The notes beneath the pieces are model-generated. The model worked only from the letters and a program-made list of their open reading frames with translations. It searched no databases and was not told the origin of the DNA. A DNA stretch of 63,214 nt, filler included, from Octopus bimaculoides (lineage: Eukaryota): the NCBI RefSeq assembly GCF_001194135.2. It is 6 parts of 6 records of this genome, joined end to end, with 100 filler letters (N's around TTAATTAATTAA, not from the genome) between each part and the next. Parts side by side here need not be neighbours in the genome. Positions count along the whole stretch, not along the records: positions 30,472 to 44,970 come from NC_068984.1; positions 45,071 to 50,560 come from NC_068982.1; 4 more parts are not named here. One strand, 5' to 3'. Positions 36,351-49,232 of the stretch are shown piece after piece. Each line of letters begins with the position of its first letter. Position 1 is the first letter of the stretch. Made by a program: the position numbers and the translations under genes.

Positions 36351-38539
36351 GAGAAAATGGATGGACATTTACAGAAATCAGATTTAACGCTAGGTACGAC
36401 AGCAGAGGTTCCTCTTTTATTCTTTATCGGGTTTCCTAAACTCTACGTTTGTCCATAAGCGGTTGTTCACGTGCGCTGGTGAATATTATATTCATATCCA
36501 GTTTGAACTAATTAAGTTGTTTAACGATAGAGAAAACTCGTTGGTTTCTTAGCAACTTTAGAAGACACAAAGCATTCGCGCTTCGTTACGAATAAGTTGG
36601 TTAGTTTATCAGTTGTCTCCCCTACATAAAGTTTGTATGTTAAATAGTTATCTCCCCTGATAAGGCTAACGTAATCTTTAAACATAGGTAGTTCGAAGTT
36701 GATTCGGTTTTCTAAGGAATCTTTTGGATTTTTTATCATCGAAAATCAAGGGAATTTTTTTTTTTTTTCATAAATATTTAATGTGAGATGACATTTTCAA
36801 CCTTTAAAAACAAGGAAAGCTAATTCAAACAATCGAGAGCACGTGAGTTTTTAACGTGTTTCAATTCGTTTTCGGCTGACTTGAGGTGCGATGTCTTTCG
36901 GAACAAAATAATGTTTGAGGTTGCTCGAATTTACAGGAATGTTGCTGCCATTCGGTTTCATACACTCGTTTGTCATGAGATTGTCGCATGATCTTGAACA
37001 AATTCGCAGAATGGGAAAGAGAGTTGAATTGTGGGAAAGCTATGAACTCAGGTGCCTCAATCAGCCTAAAGTATTAGGGGCTCTTGCCCTTTGTCTGAAA
37101 GTGAGAAAAATTGAGAGAGGGAGAGAGAGGAAAACAGGGAGTAAGAGAGGGAAAGACAGAGAGAGAGTAAACGGTGTCGTGGTTTCTCCCAATATCCAGC
37201 TTTTAGCATTGTGTCCCAAAGTGAGTCCCGCAAAACAAAAATCTGATTTTTCCTGGAATAAGGTCTTTTATTATAATTCAATAGAAATATTTTTACGAAA
37301 AAATAATCACGATTTTCAAAGCAAGTCAACCACTTTTTATGAATAAATTTCCTCTCTAAAACAAAATAATAATAATAATAATAAATATGCAAATGAGTGG
37401 AAATCGAACCGGTGAGTGTGTTAATTAATAAAGCATTAGAAGAGAATGACTCTCCCCAGGCACAATAAAATGAAATAATGTTATACGCAAATTAGTATAG
37501 CGGGGAACATCCATAAAATATACGGGCGTTCCTTCGATATTGGTCTACAGAGTGTCAGTATGAGGAAATGACATCATTCACCCTCTTTTTTCGGTCTAGC
37601 TTCTTTATCAATGTCATGAGGTTGTGTGGGTGAATGACGTCATTTACCAATATCGAACGATTACCAATATACGTTCGAGTAAGGCGGTAAGCAGGCTGGG
37701 CGAAATGCTTAGCGGTATTTCGTCTGCCTTTACGTTCTAAGTTCAAATTCCGCCGATGTCGACTTTGCTTTTCATCCTTTCGGGGTCGATAAATTAAGTA
37801 CCTGTTGCGTACTGGGGTCGATCTAATTGACTGGCCCCCTCCCCCAAAATTTCAGGCCTTATGCCTAGAGTAGAAAAGATTATACGTTCGAGTGGAAGTG
37901 TTTTGAAATAGCGTGTAGCAGTTCTCGCGAGACTATCTTTGAAAGCTTCTGCCATAAAAAGTAGAACGGTGGACTGGCACAATCATTAATGAATTGGACG
38001 AAATGATTTGCAGTATTTCTGCCAACTTTTTTTCTTTTTTTTATGTGCCTAGTTCAGTTTTGCCTTTCAATTAAGTACTGAGGGAGGGGTCGACGTAAAC
38101 TATTCCTCCCCTCGCTTCAAAATTACTGGCAATGAGCTCTGCAACAAACCGGTGTTCCGTTCGGGAGGTGGGTTGCTGTGATCTTGGTCACTTATATACG
38201 CCACGGAAATAAAGTCACCGACCTCATGTATATTAGGACTCGAGAAATTATTTGGTTTTTGAAGCTTAAAGTATGACAAGAGTACTTCCCCTTGTGAACA
38301 ATCGGCAGCTTAGGTTCTTTCCCTTGCTTTTCGTGTCTTATAACCATTTCAATTCCAGGCTGCTCGGGTTAAATTTGCCGATTCTTTATGTCTCCTTTTA
38401 TTCAGGAACAGCTCGATGTATTGGTGAACAGTCGACGGCGTCAGAGACCATTAAAATCAAAGTTACAATTGAGAAAAGGTTAGTGGACATGGAGGACTAG
38501 AAGATTTATTTGAATATTGGAAAAGATTTACCTGTATCA

Positions 38540-39689
38540 TGATGATGTGTGCTGGGTGTCAAAATACCGACATCATGGCTGCAGCTCAATGCTCTGTGAG
38601 CGTTGTGAAGGCTGTAGGACGTGACCTGGACAGCTGCAGTGGAGACTACGATGCCGTGGTCAACAGAAAGGATGACAGAAGGCATCCTGACTGCTCTACA
38701 TGTCGGAATTTATCCAACAACTGCAGGACAAGTTATTGGAAGATCCGAGCAACGGTGTCCGGGCTTTGGCGAGAGAGATGAGAATTGGAGACTCCATAAG
38801 AAGCTGGAAATGAATGAAGACCTTCGCTACCACTCGCAGAAGAGGCGCATGGGAATGAATTCTGATATCCATGGCCAAGAAGAACTGTTTGACGAAGGCA
38901 AAGAAGCTCCTGAACAAGATGTGGCATCCTGTTGTGCCAGGGATTATCTGGTTCCTCTCAAATATAAAAAAAAACTCTGCGAGGACCAAGCAGAACAACA
39001 TTCAAGAAAAACAGTTGATTTGTTTACCATCCACGTGACGTCCCTCGTATCAGGAAAACCAAATTCCTCCAAACTTTGATGGTCTTTGGGTGTGTTTTCA
39101 GCCAGATCGACATCATGCCGTCCCACAACCTTTGAACAGAGAGTTAGGCTCATTTCAGGTAGTTAAATGAAACTGCTGGAGACCGTGGTCAATCCCTGGC
39201 TGGGAAGCATTGCTGATGGAAGGCCGTATGTGCGGAAACAGGATTCGGTTCCTTACCATATATTTGGAAAGAGTCAGAAGTAGCTGTTGGAGAATTTCTA
39301 CAACTTCACCAACCCCAATTTCTGGCATCCTAATTCCCCCGATTTTCATCCGATGGATTAATATGTGTGGGTCACGGTTGAGAAAGACACCAACTGCACT
39401 GCTTGCAACACCAAGGCCGAGTTGGTGACCAAGATCAAGCATGTGTTTGAAGATCTTCTCGGGGACACTGTGAGGAATGCATGCACCAGGTTCTGGCGCT
39501 GTCTTGAGGCCCTGCTTGAAACTAAGGGCGGTTACTTTCTGAAAATTGTCATCTTCCAGCCATAATTCCAAACTATCTTTTATATATTTTGGGGGGATGG
39601 AATACTGTTTTGTTTTTTTGCTTGTTTGTTTGTTCGTTCCCTACCCCGCCCCCTAGGCAGACCCTCAAATTTATCCCGAATACCTTGTA
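38540..39689 (+). mobile_element. Decayed Tc1/mariner-superfamily transposase (maT/DD37D-like)
   Basis: Frameshifted pieces LLETVVNPWLGSIADGRPYV..QDS, FWHPNSPDF.PMD, YVWVTVEKDTNCTACNTKAEL...ACTRFWRCLEALLETKGGYF; right-end TIR-like sequence ending TTGTA. Confidence 0.8.
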
Positions 39690-40169
39690 TTTTGTAGTTA
39701 TTTAAGATACGTCGTGAACTGAAAGGTGAAACAGGAAATGGAAGTGTCATCTTGATTCATCTATTTATTCATTTATCCATTTATTTATTTACTTATTTTT
39801 CGGCGTATCTCATTATTCCATGCTATGTAAACATTAACAATGCTATAAAATATTTCTCAAAGCCTACATATTTCCATTATACACTTTTACAATACAATGA
39901 AAATGTTCTTAACGCTTCGTTGCACTCCCTCTTCCCCCGCACCTCTCTCTTTGATAATTGACCCAATGAATGTACGTTGTGTACGTGATCGTAAACAGAT
40001 TTATGACTCATCATTAGGAAATGTTAAAACGATCATTGAGTTTTCCGATGCAAATTATGGACCTCTTTCTGAAGGTCGAATACGAAATACGTTTTAAGGC
40101 GGAGCAGAAGAGCAAGAGCAGGAACAGTTATAGAATAAAACTACAGGAGTTCCGTTTCTCTCTCTCACT

Positions 40170-40206
<37 letters not shown>

Positions 40207-42321
40207 NNNNNNNNNNNNNNNNNNNNNNNNNNNNNNNNNNNNNNNNNNNNNNNNNNNNNNNNNNNNNNNNNNNNNNNNNNNNNNNNNNNNNNNNNNNNNN
40301 NNNNNNNNNNNNNNNNNNNNNNNNNNNNTTTTGTGTTCAGTTGTTGATAAAAGCGATGTCCGTTTTGAGAAAAAGAAAGATTGGATAATGTCGATAGAGT
40401 AGATACACATCTAAATGGTTACAATAAATGGCTCCACACGGTCGTTTCACAGACACGAGTAACGAGTAATAATTAATCAACGAACATCGTCGAATTTTTC
40501 GTGAGCGAATAAGTCGTCTGTTTATTGACATGGTTTTCAAACCACTTAACTTGTAAGGATCAAAACACATTCCTGCGGTGGGTTTCTCTCCGGAGGCCTT
40601 CTCCAATCCAGTTTTCTTGACTTACCAGTAACTAATCAACGAACATGGAGACATGTCTCATCGTCCAATGTTTGTGAGCGGACATTTCATCTCGTTATTG
40701 CGACGAATTTGAAACTAGTTGCTGCTTATTAAACTTGGTAATTTAACGAACTTGCAAAGAATGAGAAAATCGAGATAGATTTATGGAGACACATAACTTA
40801 TATTATGAACATTAACATATTTATTTAAGATCTTTGTGTTTATTCAATCTAGGTTACTGCGTTGGTTTCTTTCTTGATTTGTTAAATATAGGCCGTGGGA
40901 AACATTAGAGATCAGGATAATTAAATCAAAAATTCCGGACGCTCTCTCTCTACCTCTCTCTCTCTCTCTACCTCTCCCTCTCTCTCCTCTCTCTCTTTGA
41001 TGCCCAAGGGTAAGCATTAATTATATTACGCAATTGAAATTTATACGGGGACAAGGAGTCACCAATTGACCGGGGTACATCAAAACACAAGTAACGTAGT
41101 AAGCAGAAACGATGGCAACAAGACTTTTCGCTTAATTCATAGCAATAAGAGGTTCGTTATATTGGCGAAGAGTGCTATAAAGAAAGGAGGAAAATTAGCA
41201 ATACTTGTACGAGTGAAATTTGCCATCGTTCGGTCCTCGTTACCCGACATCCGACCAGAAGATAACATGATACAGGCTGTTGGGGTGTTCAGTGCCGTCG
41301 CAGAACCACGGTCACAATACAAGGTGTCAGAATTTGGGGTTTAAGGATAGTGACCTCTTCAAAAAACGGGTGCAGTGGGGCCATCACTGAAGGCCTTTTT
41401 GCTTCCTCTTTCTTTCTTTTTTCCTCTTTTTTGAAATGTAATTCTGCATGAAAAAACATTATGATAATATTTGCAAATTAAAACTTTTTTTTAATAAATA
41501 AATAAATAAAATAATATCATATATATATTATTTTATATATATATATATATGTCTGTGTGTGTGTGTGTGTTTGTCCCTCCATCATCGCTTGACAACCGAT
41601 GTTGTTGTGTTTACGTCCCCGTAACTTAGCGGTTCGGCTAAAAATACCGCTAGAATAATTTCTAGGCTTCCAAAGAATAAGTCCTGGGGTAGATTTGTTC
41701 GACTAAAAGCGGTGCTCGAGCATGGCCGCAGTCAAATGACTGAAACAAGTAAAAGAATAAAAGAATAAAAGAATATATANNNNNNNNNNNNNNNNNNNNN
41801 NNNNNNNNNNNNNNNNNNNNNNNNNNNNNNNNNNNNNNNNNNNNNNNNNNNNNNNNNNNNNNNNNNNNNNNNNNNNNNNNNNNNNNNNNNNNNNNNNNNN
41901 NNNNNNNNNNNNNNNNNNNNNNNNNNNNNNNNNNNNNNNNNNNNNNNNNNNNNNNNNNNNNNNNNNNNNNNNNNNNNNNNNNNNNNNNNNNNNNNNNNNN
42001 NNNNNNNNNNNNNNNNNNNNNNNNNNNNNNNNNNNNNNNNNNNNNNNNNNNNNNNNNNNNNNNNNNNNNNNNNNNNNNNNNNNNNNNNNNNNNNNNNNNN
42101 NNNNNNNNNNNNNNNNNNNNNNNNNNNNNNNNNNNNNNNNNNNNNNNNNNNNNNNNNNNNNNNNNNNNNNNNNNNNNNNNNNNNNNNNNNNNNNNNNNNN
42201 NNNNNNNNNNNNNNNNNNNNNNNNNNNNNNNNNNNNNNNNNTTAGACAACATTAGTATAGAAAGACCGATAGAACAATTTATAAGATTACAAAGAATGAG
42301 GCCTGGGGTAGATACGCCCAT

Positions 42322-42605
42322 GGGCATATAGCGAAGTGGTTAAGAGCGCGGGCTACTAACCCCAAGATTCCGAGTTCGATTCCAGCCAGTGTCCTGAATA
42401 GTAATAATAATAATAATAATAATAATAGTAATAACAACATCGAAAAATAATAATAACAACAACATCGAAAAATGAGAACCCAGGTTCGAAATTTCCCCAA
42501 GACACCTGATGAAGGCTGGAAGGTATATCAGCCGAAACATTGTGTTAACAACAAACAAGATGAGGACAAATATCCGTCAAATGTAAATAAAGTAAATAAT
42601 GTACA
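42322..42605 (+). mobile_element. tRNA-headed SINE carrying a 3' hammerhead-ribozyme motif
   Basis: A box TAGCGAAGTGG 42329-42339, B box GAGTTCGATTCC 42372-42383, (AAT)n spacer, then the hammerhead at 42501-42546. Confidence 0.8.
42501..42546 (+). ncRNA. Minimal type-I hammerhead ribozyme motif (this copy has a mismatch in stem III)
   Basis: Stem I GACAC/GTGTT; core CTGATGA+A; stem II GGCTG/CAGCC; GAAA; then C-A-T-T where C-G-T-T would be canonical. Confidence 0.75.
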
Positions 42606-43182
42606 TTAGTATAACACTTACAAACTAGAAAAACACGCAAAGCGCAGAACATCTCAATGTCACACAAATACATCTGAATATTTACAGAGATGAGCATTAT
42701 GTTTCCGATCTTTGAGTTATATTCAGAATACAAAATGTACTGGCTCCGCTTTTCTTTCAAAAATACAATTTTTGAGAGAATTTTTTGATGAAATGTAGTT
42801 CCATTGTTTTTCGGTATTGCAGATCGTCCCGAGCACATTTGTTGTAAAAGGGAACAATTTTGAATTTTCCGTCGTTGCATATTTCCAGATGCTTATTTAA
42901 TGGAACCTTGCATAATTCCTCTTGTCGGATATGTTGCCTGTGGATTCTTGCACGTTGGCAGAGGGAATTATTTGTTTCACCAATGTAATTTCCTTAGCAG
43001 GATATATATATATACGACGGGCTTCTTTCAGTTTCCGTCTACCAAATCCACTCACAAGGCTTTGTTCGACCCGAGGCTATAGCAGAAGACACTTGCTCAA
43101 AGTGGCATGTAGTGGGACTGAACCCGGAACCATGTGGCTGGTAAACAAACTACATACCAGACAGCCACTCCTACGCTTGAGT

Positions 43183-44091
43183 GAATTGAATGTTTCAGAT
43201 CAACTTCCTATCTTAGGTGCAGTGCTCCCAGAGTATTGTTTTCTTCTCAAGCCTTGGGTCTCTTAAGGCCGGTCACCCAGTTCACACGGCATATAAGTGA
43301 ACCAGTTCCCATGGCATATGAATATTCCTCCAGAGCAAAACGCTGTTGCAGGGTTCAAGGCCACCTCGAGAACCCAGTTTTCACAAAAACTGTTCGCCGG
43401 GAACTGCACAAAGCCAGATTTCACGGGAGGGATGCAATCAGAAAACTACTACTTTGAAAAACAAGCATTGCAAAACGTTTAGAGTGGACTAAAAACCTAC
43501 ATAATTGGTCCCTAGAGCAGTGGAACAATGTTATTTTCTCGGATGAGTATTCCTTTACCTTATGTCCGACCACAGGCCGAGTATACGTGTGGAGGCAACT
43601 AAAAGAAGCATTTGACCCAGACTGCCTTCTTCCAACTGTTAAACATGGAGGAGGATCTGTAATGATCTGGTGGGGCTATATCTTGGAAATCCGCCGGTCC
43701 AATGGTTTCCCTTCGTGGCAGAATTAATAGTCAAGACTATTTAAGCATTTTATCTGATCAAATTCATCCTATGGTTGTGGAACTGTTTCCGGATGGAAAT
43801 GTAATCTTTCAGAATGATAATGCACCAATTCACACAGCTAAAGTTGTTACTGAATGGCACGTGGAACATTCTAGTGAAGTTGAACATGTTACCTCGCCAC
43901 CACAGTCCCCAGATCTCACTATTATTGAACATTTATGATGCATTTTAGAAAAAGAAGTAAGGAGTCGATATCTTCCACTATCATCACTACAAGAACTGGA
44001 GACTGTTTTAGCTGAAAAATGGACTAAAATTACTTTGGAAACAATTCAAACTTTGTACGAGTCCATACCTCATTGAATTCAAGCTGTAATT
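43183..44091 (+). mobile_element. Decayed Tc1 (DD34E-type) transposase
   Basis: WNNVIFSDEYSF, VKHGGGSVMIW, FQNDNAPIHTAK, PPQSPDLTIIEHL motifs with stops and frameshifts; cut by a gap at 44092. Confidence 0.92.
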
Positions 44092-44446
44092 NNNNNNNNN
44101 NNNNNNNNNNNNNNNNNNNNNNNNNNNNNNNNNNNNNNNNNNNNNNNNNNNNNNNNNNNNNNNNNNNNNNNNNNNNNNNNNNNNNNNNNNNNNNNNNNNN
44201 NNNNNNNNNNNNNNNNNNNNNNNNNNNNATATATATATATATATATATATACACTCACACACACACATATGAATGACAGAGCATTAAAATGACACTGGGG
44301 TACAAATATACGAAACCCAGTATACCCATCATGACTACCCGTCTGATAAGGGTACACTAGGCATGTATGTACGAATGCATGTATGTATGTATATATGTAT
44401 GTATGTATGTATGTATGCATCCCTTGTGTCACAAGTCCCACGTTAC

Positions 44447-44668
44447 TCTGGTTGTTGAAAAAATCGGGGATGTTTATCATATATGAAGCATGGATGCCAG
44501 GAAAATATATCCTGCGCTTCCCATGCGATACACAGGACAGGAAAAGGGTTTAGGCGGGATTGACTTGGCTGTGGTGGTGGCGTTGATAGAGCTTTGATCA
44601 TGGATTTTACTTCATGATCAGGCTTGGCCAGTTGTAATACAACTTGCTGCAGATATTTCACAAACAAA
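44447..44668 (-). CDS. Candidate orphan internal exon (unrecognised protein)
   Basis: Acceptor aatctttcag (44670-44669), donor AGA|GTAACG (44446-44445); 222 nt, phase 2/2, open throughout (LFVKYLQQVVLQLAKPDHEVKSMIKALSTPPPQPSQSRLNPFPVLCIAWEAQDIFSWHPCFIYDKHPRFFQQP), with a stop straight after the donor. No family recognised. Confidence 0.3.
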
Positions 44669-44970
44669 CTGAAAGATTATTCATATGAGAAGGTATGTGG
44701 AGAAAGGAATGTTTCAGGTGAGAGATATGTCGTTGTTTACTTGCTACATCACGTGCACAGTGATCTCACGTGACTACTAACTTCATATCTGTCAGCTAAA
44801 AACAGGTTCCCTGTCTCTGAAAAATTACCAGCAGTTTTCTTTTTAGAAAATGTTCTTTATCAGAAAGATTTGTTCTTGTTTTTCTTTCATGTGATAAAAA
44901 GAAAAGTATTTTGGAAAAACAAAAAGAAGAAAAAACTTGTTTCATTGTCCTCTCGTCCCAAATTATTTTT

Positions 44971-45070
44971 NNNNNNNNNNNNNNNNNNNNNNNNNNNNNN
45001 NNNNNNNNNNNNNNTTAATTAATTAANNNNNNNNNNNNNNNNNNNNNNNNNNNNNNNNNNNNNNNNNNNN
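44971..45070. other. Artificial 100-bp scaffold spacer
   Basis: 44 N + TTAATTAATTAA (45015-45026) + 44 N. Confidence 0.97.
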
Positions 45071-45115
<45 letters not shown>

Positions 45116-45482
45116 TATATATATATATATATATATATACAGGCATCGAATATATATATAAGCATCGATAGACGACACAAAATTCTGGTAATCGACAAAC
45201 AATTTCCCTTTAAAAATCTCATAAAACCGTAAACATATATATGCATGTACAGAATTGCACAAAAATACATAAAAATATACATGCAAATGCATATGAACAT
45301 ATAAAATGTACATGGATTTACAATGGAAATATAAAATGGTAACCGAGTGCCAGAACTCGGTATATTCGTGTTATAAACAAGAAGGAAGAAATTTAGAGAT
45401 ACATGGACAATATGTGACAATATACATGATTAATGAAAAGATATTGAAAATATTCCATAGCAGAGATAAAGTCTAATATTCA

Positions 45483-45568
45483 TCCTACTATAGTTTCGAG
45501 AAAATGTTATTGAGAGTGGATAAAGTATTCCTGTCCATCTCCCATATAACCAACTCCTTCATCAGGGA
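45483..45568 (-). ncRNA. Type-I hammerhead ribozyme motif with long stem II
   Basis: TCC-CTGATGA-AG-GAG...(GTTAT/ATAAC, TGGGAG/CTCTCA, TGGA/TCCA helices)...CTC-GAAA-C-TATA-GTA-GGA; palindromic stem III ACTATAGT, GUA triplet. Confidence 0.7.
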
Positions 45569-45780
45569 ACACATAATACACTTAGAGACACTTAGAGACC
45601 TCCTTATTTGGAATAGAGGAAATAGAAAGAAAGATAGAGAAAAAATATATATATATGCAATATGTATGTAGTTTATATATATACATGACAAGTAATGTAT
45701 GTGTGTATGAGTGCGTGTGTATATATATATACATATATATATATGTCTATATCTATATCTATTTATCTATCTACCTATCC

Positions 45781-45818
<38 letters not shown>

Positions 45819-46334
45819 NNNNNNNNNNNNNNNNNNNNNNNNNNNNNNNNNNNNNNNNNNNNNNNNNNNNNNNNNNNNNNNNNNNNNNNNNNNNNNNNNN
45901 NNNNNNNNNNNNNNNNNNNNNNNNNNNNNNNNNNNNNNNNNNNNNNNNNNNNNNNNNNNNNNNNNNNNNNNNNNNNNNNNNNNNNNNNNNNNNNNNNNNN
46001 NNNNNNNNNNNNNNNNNNNNNNNNNNNNNNNNNNNNNNNNNNNNNNNNNNNNNNNNNNNNNNNNNNNNNNNNNNNNNNNNNNNNNNNNNNNNNNNNNNNN
46101 NNNNNNNNGTGTGTGTGTGTGTGCGTGCGTGCGTGTTTGTGTTCCTCACCACCGCTTGACACTCTTGGTGCGTTTACGTCCCCGTAACTTATCAGTTCGG
46201 CAAAAGAGAACGATGGAATGAGCATTAAGCTTTAAAAACAAAACAAGTGTTGGTGTTCGATTCATTCGATCAAATCATCTATATGTATAGAAATAGACAG
46301 ACAGACAGACAGACAGACAGTTAAATAGATAAAT

Positions 46335-46389
<55 letters not shown>

Positions 46390-47857
46390 GAGAGAGAGAG
46401 AACATGGAATAAAGTGGGGCTTAATTAATAAAGTAGACTGCAGGAAATTGTGGAGAAATACTTTGTAATACTAAGTATTATAACGATCTGATGAGGAAAT
46501 CCGAAGTGATATCAATTATCACTAATTATTGAGAGTGGGATATTAAAAAAGAAATGTTCTTTCGTAACAAGATAATCGCTAGAATCCGTCAATTTGACGG
46601 CCATTATTAATGTGAACTGAAAACACTAAAGCCAAGACGGAACTGGTTGTTTCTGGGGAGACAGGAAGATAGGAATTATATGCTACTTTGTCAGATATTG
46701 TTATGCTTTCCTTGTGTGAAATGCTTAAATCGTAAAACTATTAAATGCTACATATATTCGTTGATTAACCTGACTCCAAGAAAACAAAAATATGTGAAAA
46801 TAAAACAGCTATTTGTGCATCATATTTAATGTATAAACACTGATGATAGTCTAGTTACTGCGGTATTTGTCATGCGATTAGATTTATGGACGTGCTATGT
46901 TAAAAACCGTGGGATACGAAAATTCGGCCTAGTAGCGGCCAGCGAGGACTCCAGGCTGGAATACATCAGGCATTCTTGCTGGCTGCTGTTGAGACGAATC
47001 TTCAACTCCCTCTGATATTTATTGTGTTTTTAACATAACACGTCCATAAGAGACCTTATCTCAAAACAAATACGGTAGTATGATATTTAGATGGTTATTT
47101 TAAGTTAATACTGCCGCAGTTGCGAATACCGGATATGGAAACAGCTCTCTACATGTTTAATAGCCCGTTCTATGATTTAGAAATATCTGCAACTAGTAAA
47201 TCAAAACATACAACGCATGTGAACAACCGTAGATTACCGAACTGTTTTAGATGTTACTTTAAAATTTGTTTGGGGATAAGATACATTTTACGTAGGCGAA
47301 ATTATCGGATTTCCTTGAGATAATTTTGTTTATTCACATCAACTTTATGAGGAGTCTTGAATAGGGCGTTTCCAATTGTTTAGGGGTAAAATACAGAATG
47401 TGATATTTACCTCTAACGATATCTAACCTCAAAGAATGTTAGAGGTACAGAATATTCCCTCTGAGATTCTTGAAGTTTGTGATACATAATGTTGAAAGTT
47501 AGGAGGTTATCAACAAGATAAGTAACTGACTTCTGATTCCAACCAAGAACAAGCTTAAATCTTTCAAAAGAACTTTTTGAAAAACACATACATCAATCCT
47601 TAAATAAAACCGTTATCAATCCTTTTACAAAGTCAAATCAATTGTTTCAGACATATTGAAATACAATAATATGCTTTAGCCTTAATGGTTTTTCTTAATG
47701 ACGTTACTTAATGGATTTAGTGTTTGAGAGCAAGGTGATTCTGAGATTATATATGACATATTCTCTTCAGTGAAGGTTTTTCCACATAGATTTTTTTTCA
47801 CTCTCAAATTATACCCCTTCTCTTCAAAATTGTTGACCTTGTACCAAAATACTAAGC

Positions 47858-47944
<87 letters not shown>

Positions 47945-47948
<4 letters not shown>

Positions 47949-48309
47949 TTATGTTTGACTTTTGTTTTGCATTTGTACAAGTTGGATCCAAGTCTCACCC
48001 AGAGACCTCAAGAGACAACAAGTTAGAAGTTCATGTAGGTGTTATGCCTAGGGTACCATATATTTGGATTTGTACAGTTTTGTTCTCGTGAATGTTTAAG
48101 AAACCATAAGAAAATTGTGTTTGCTTTAAAATTTGAGATCACATAGACAATAGATATCCTACATAGACGTAGGATATGGGCAGTTCCCATGAGCACTATC
48201 TTTTGAACTTCAGCCATTTTAGGGTTTCCTGGTATCTGAGCTAGGTAGTAATCAGCCCGTTTCGCTGTCATTCCCAGGGCACCTATGACAATAGGTATTG
48301 TTTTCGTCT
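47945..48309 (-). mobile_element. Second R4/Dong-like 3' fragment (different family) flanked by (TAA)n
   Basis: KTIPIVIGALGM...VQKIVLMGTAHILR plus 3' UTR; TAA tracts on both sides (47870-47945 and 48310-48350). Confidence 0.8.
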
Positions 48310-48323
48310 TATTATTATTATTG

Positions 48324-48354
<31 letters not shown>

Positions 48355-48579
48355 GGCAGTGAACTGGCAGAATCGTTAGCACGTCGGGTGGAATGCTTAG
48401 CGGCATTTCATTCGTCTTTACGTTCTGAGTTTAAATTCTGCCGAGGTCCACTTTACATTTCATCCTTCCGGGGTCGATAAATTAAGTACCAGTGAAATAT
48501 TGGGTTCGGTATAATCGGCTTGTCCCCCCCCCCTCCACAATTTCAGGCCTTGTGCCTATAGCAGAAAAAAATTATCATT

Positions 48580-49232
48580 ATTATTATTGCCTTTGCACAG
48601 CTTCTAACACTGGAGATATACTACAGTGTCAGCTGTTCACTACCAGTGAACTAAGGTAACACCTCTTACTTTTTGAGCACCTTCTGGAGTATTCGAGCGG
48701 TCCCAAGCAGTGCTGCTTTCTGCAAGTGCTCCACCTTTAATGCAGCCCCTATTTGTTTCACGTACTTCTCGAGATTTTTGCTCACTGTTCCTAGGGCTCC
48801 GACAATTATTGGTACTACTGCTACCTTTTTCATCGACCACAACTGCTTAACTTCCCAAGCTAACCTGTCATATCTTTCAACTTTTCTTTCTTCTTTATCG
48901 CATACCTTGTTGTCAGCTGGGCATGCCATATCTATGATCTAGCATAGTTTGTTTTCTTTCTCAATTAAGATTATGTCCGGCTTCCTATTCTCTATCTCAT
49001 GGTCGCACTGAATCATAAAATCCCATAGGATCTTTGCATTTCTATTTTCGACGATGCCTTCAGGTTTGTGGTCGTACCAATTTTTTGCTCTGTCAAGCCC
49101 ATACTTGTTGCAGAGTGTCCAAGGGACAAGCCTGGCTATATTGTCGTAGCGTCTCTTATATTCCTTCTGGGCTAGCGGCGTACATTGGCTGGTAATATGC
49201 CATACGGTTTCACCGTTTTGTCCACAGATTCT
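48580..49232 (-). mobile_element. 3' end of an R4/Dong-like non-LTR retrotransposon (CCHC + REL endonuclease)
   Basis: RICGQNGETVWHITSQC, KILWDFMIQCDHEIENRKPDIILIEK, VVPIIVGALGTV, LQKAALLGTARILQKVL; short 3' UTR ending in (TAA)n; one internal stop. Confidence 0.88.

Noticed and set aside
41066-41344. 92-aa ORF with faint cadherin-like wording (SRNDGNKTFRL)
   Set aside because: Lacks the DRE/DxNDN cadherin motifs and has no clear splice sites.
42322-42395. tRNA gene
   Set aside because: A and B boxes are present but the acceptor and anticodon stems do not close properly, and it runs into a SINE body.
46485-46513. GAT-CTGATGA-GGAAATCC-GAAG-TGAT-ATC as a hammerhead
   Set aside because: GAAG instead of GAAA and no workable stem III; too degenerate to count.
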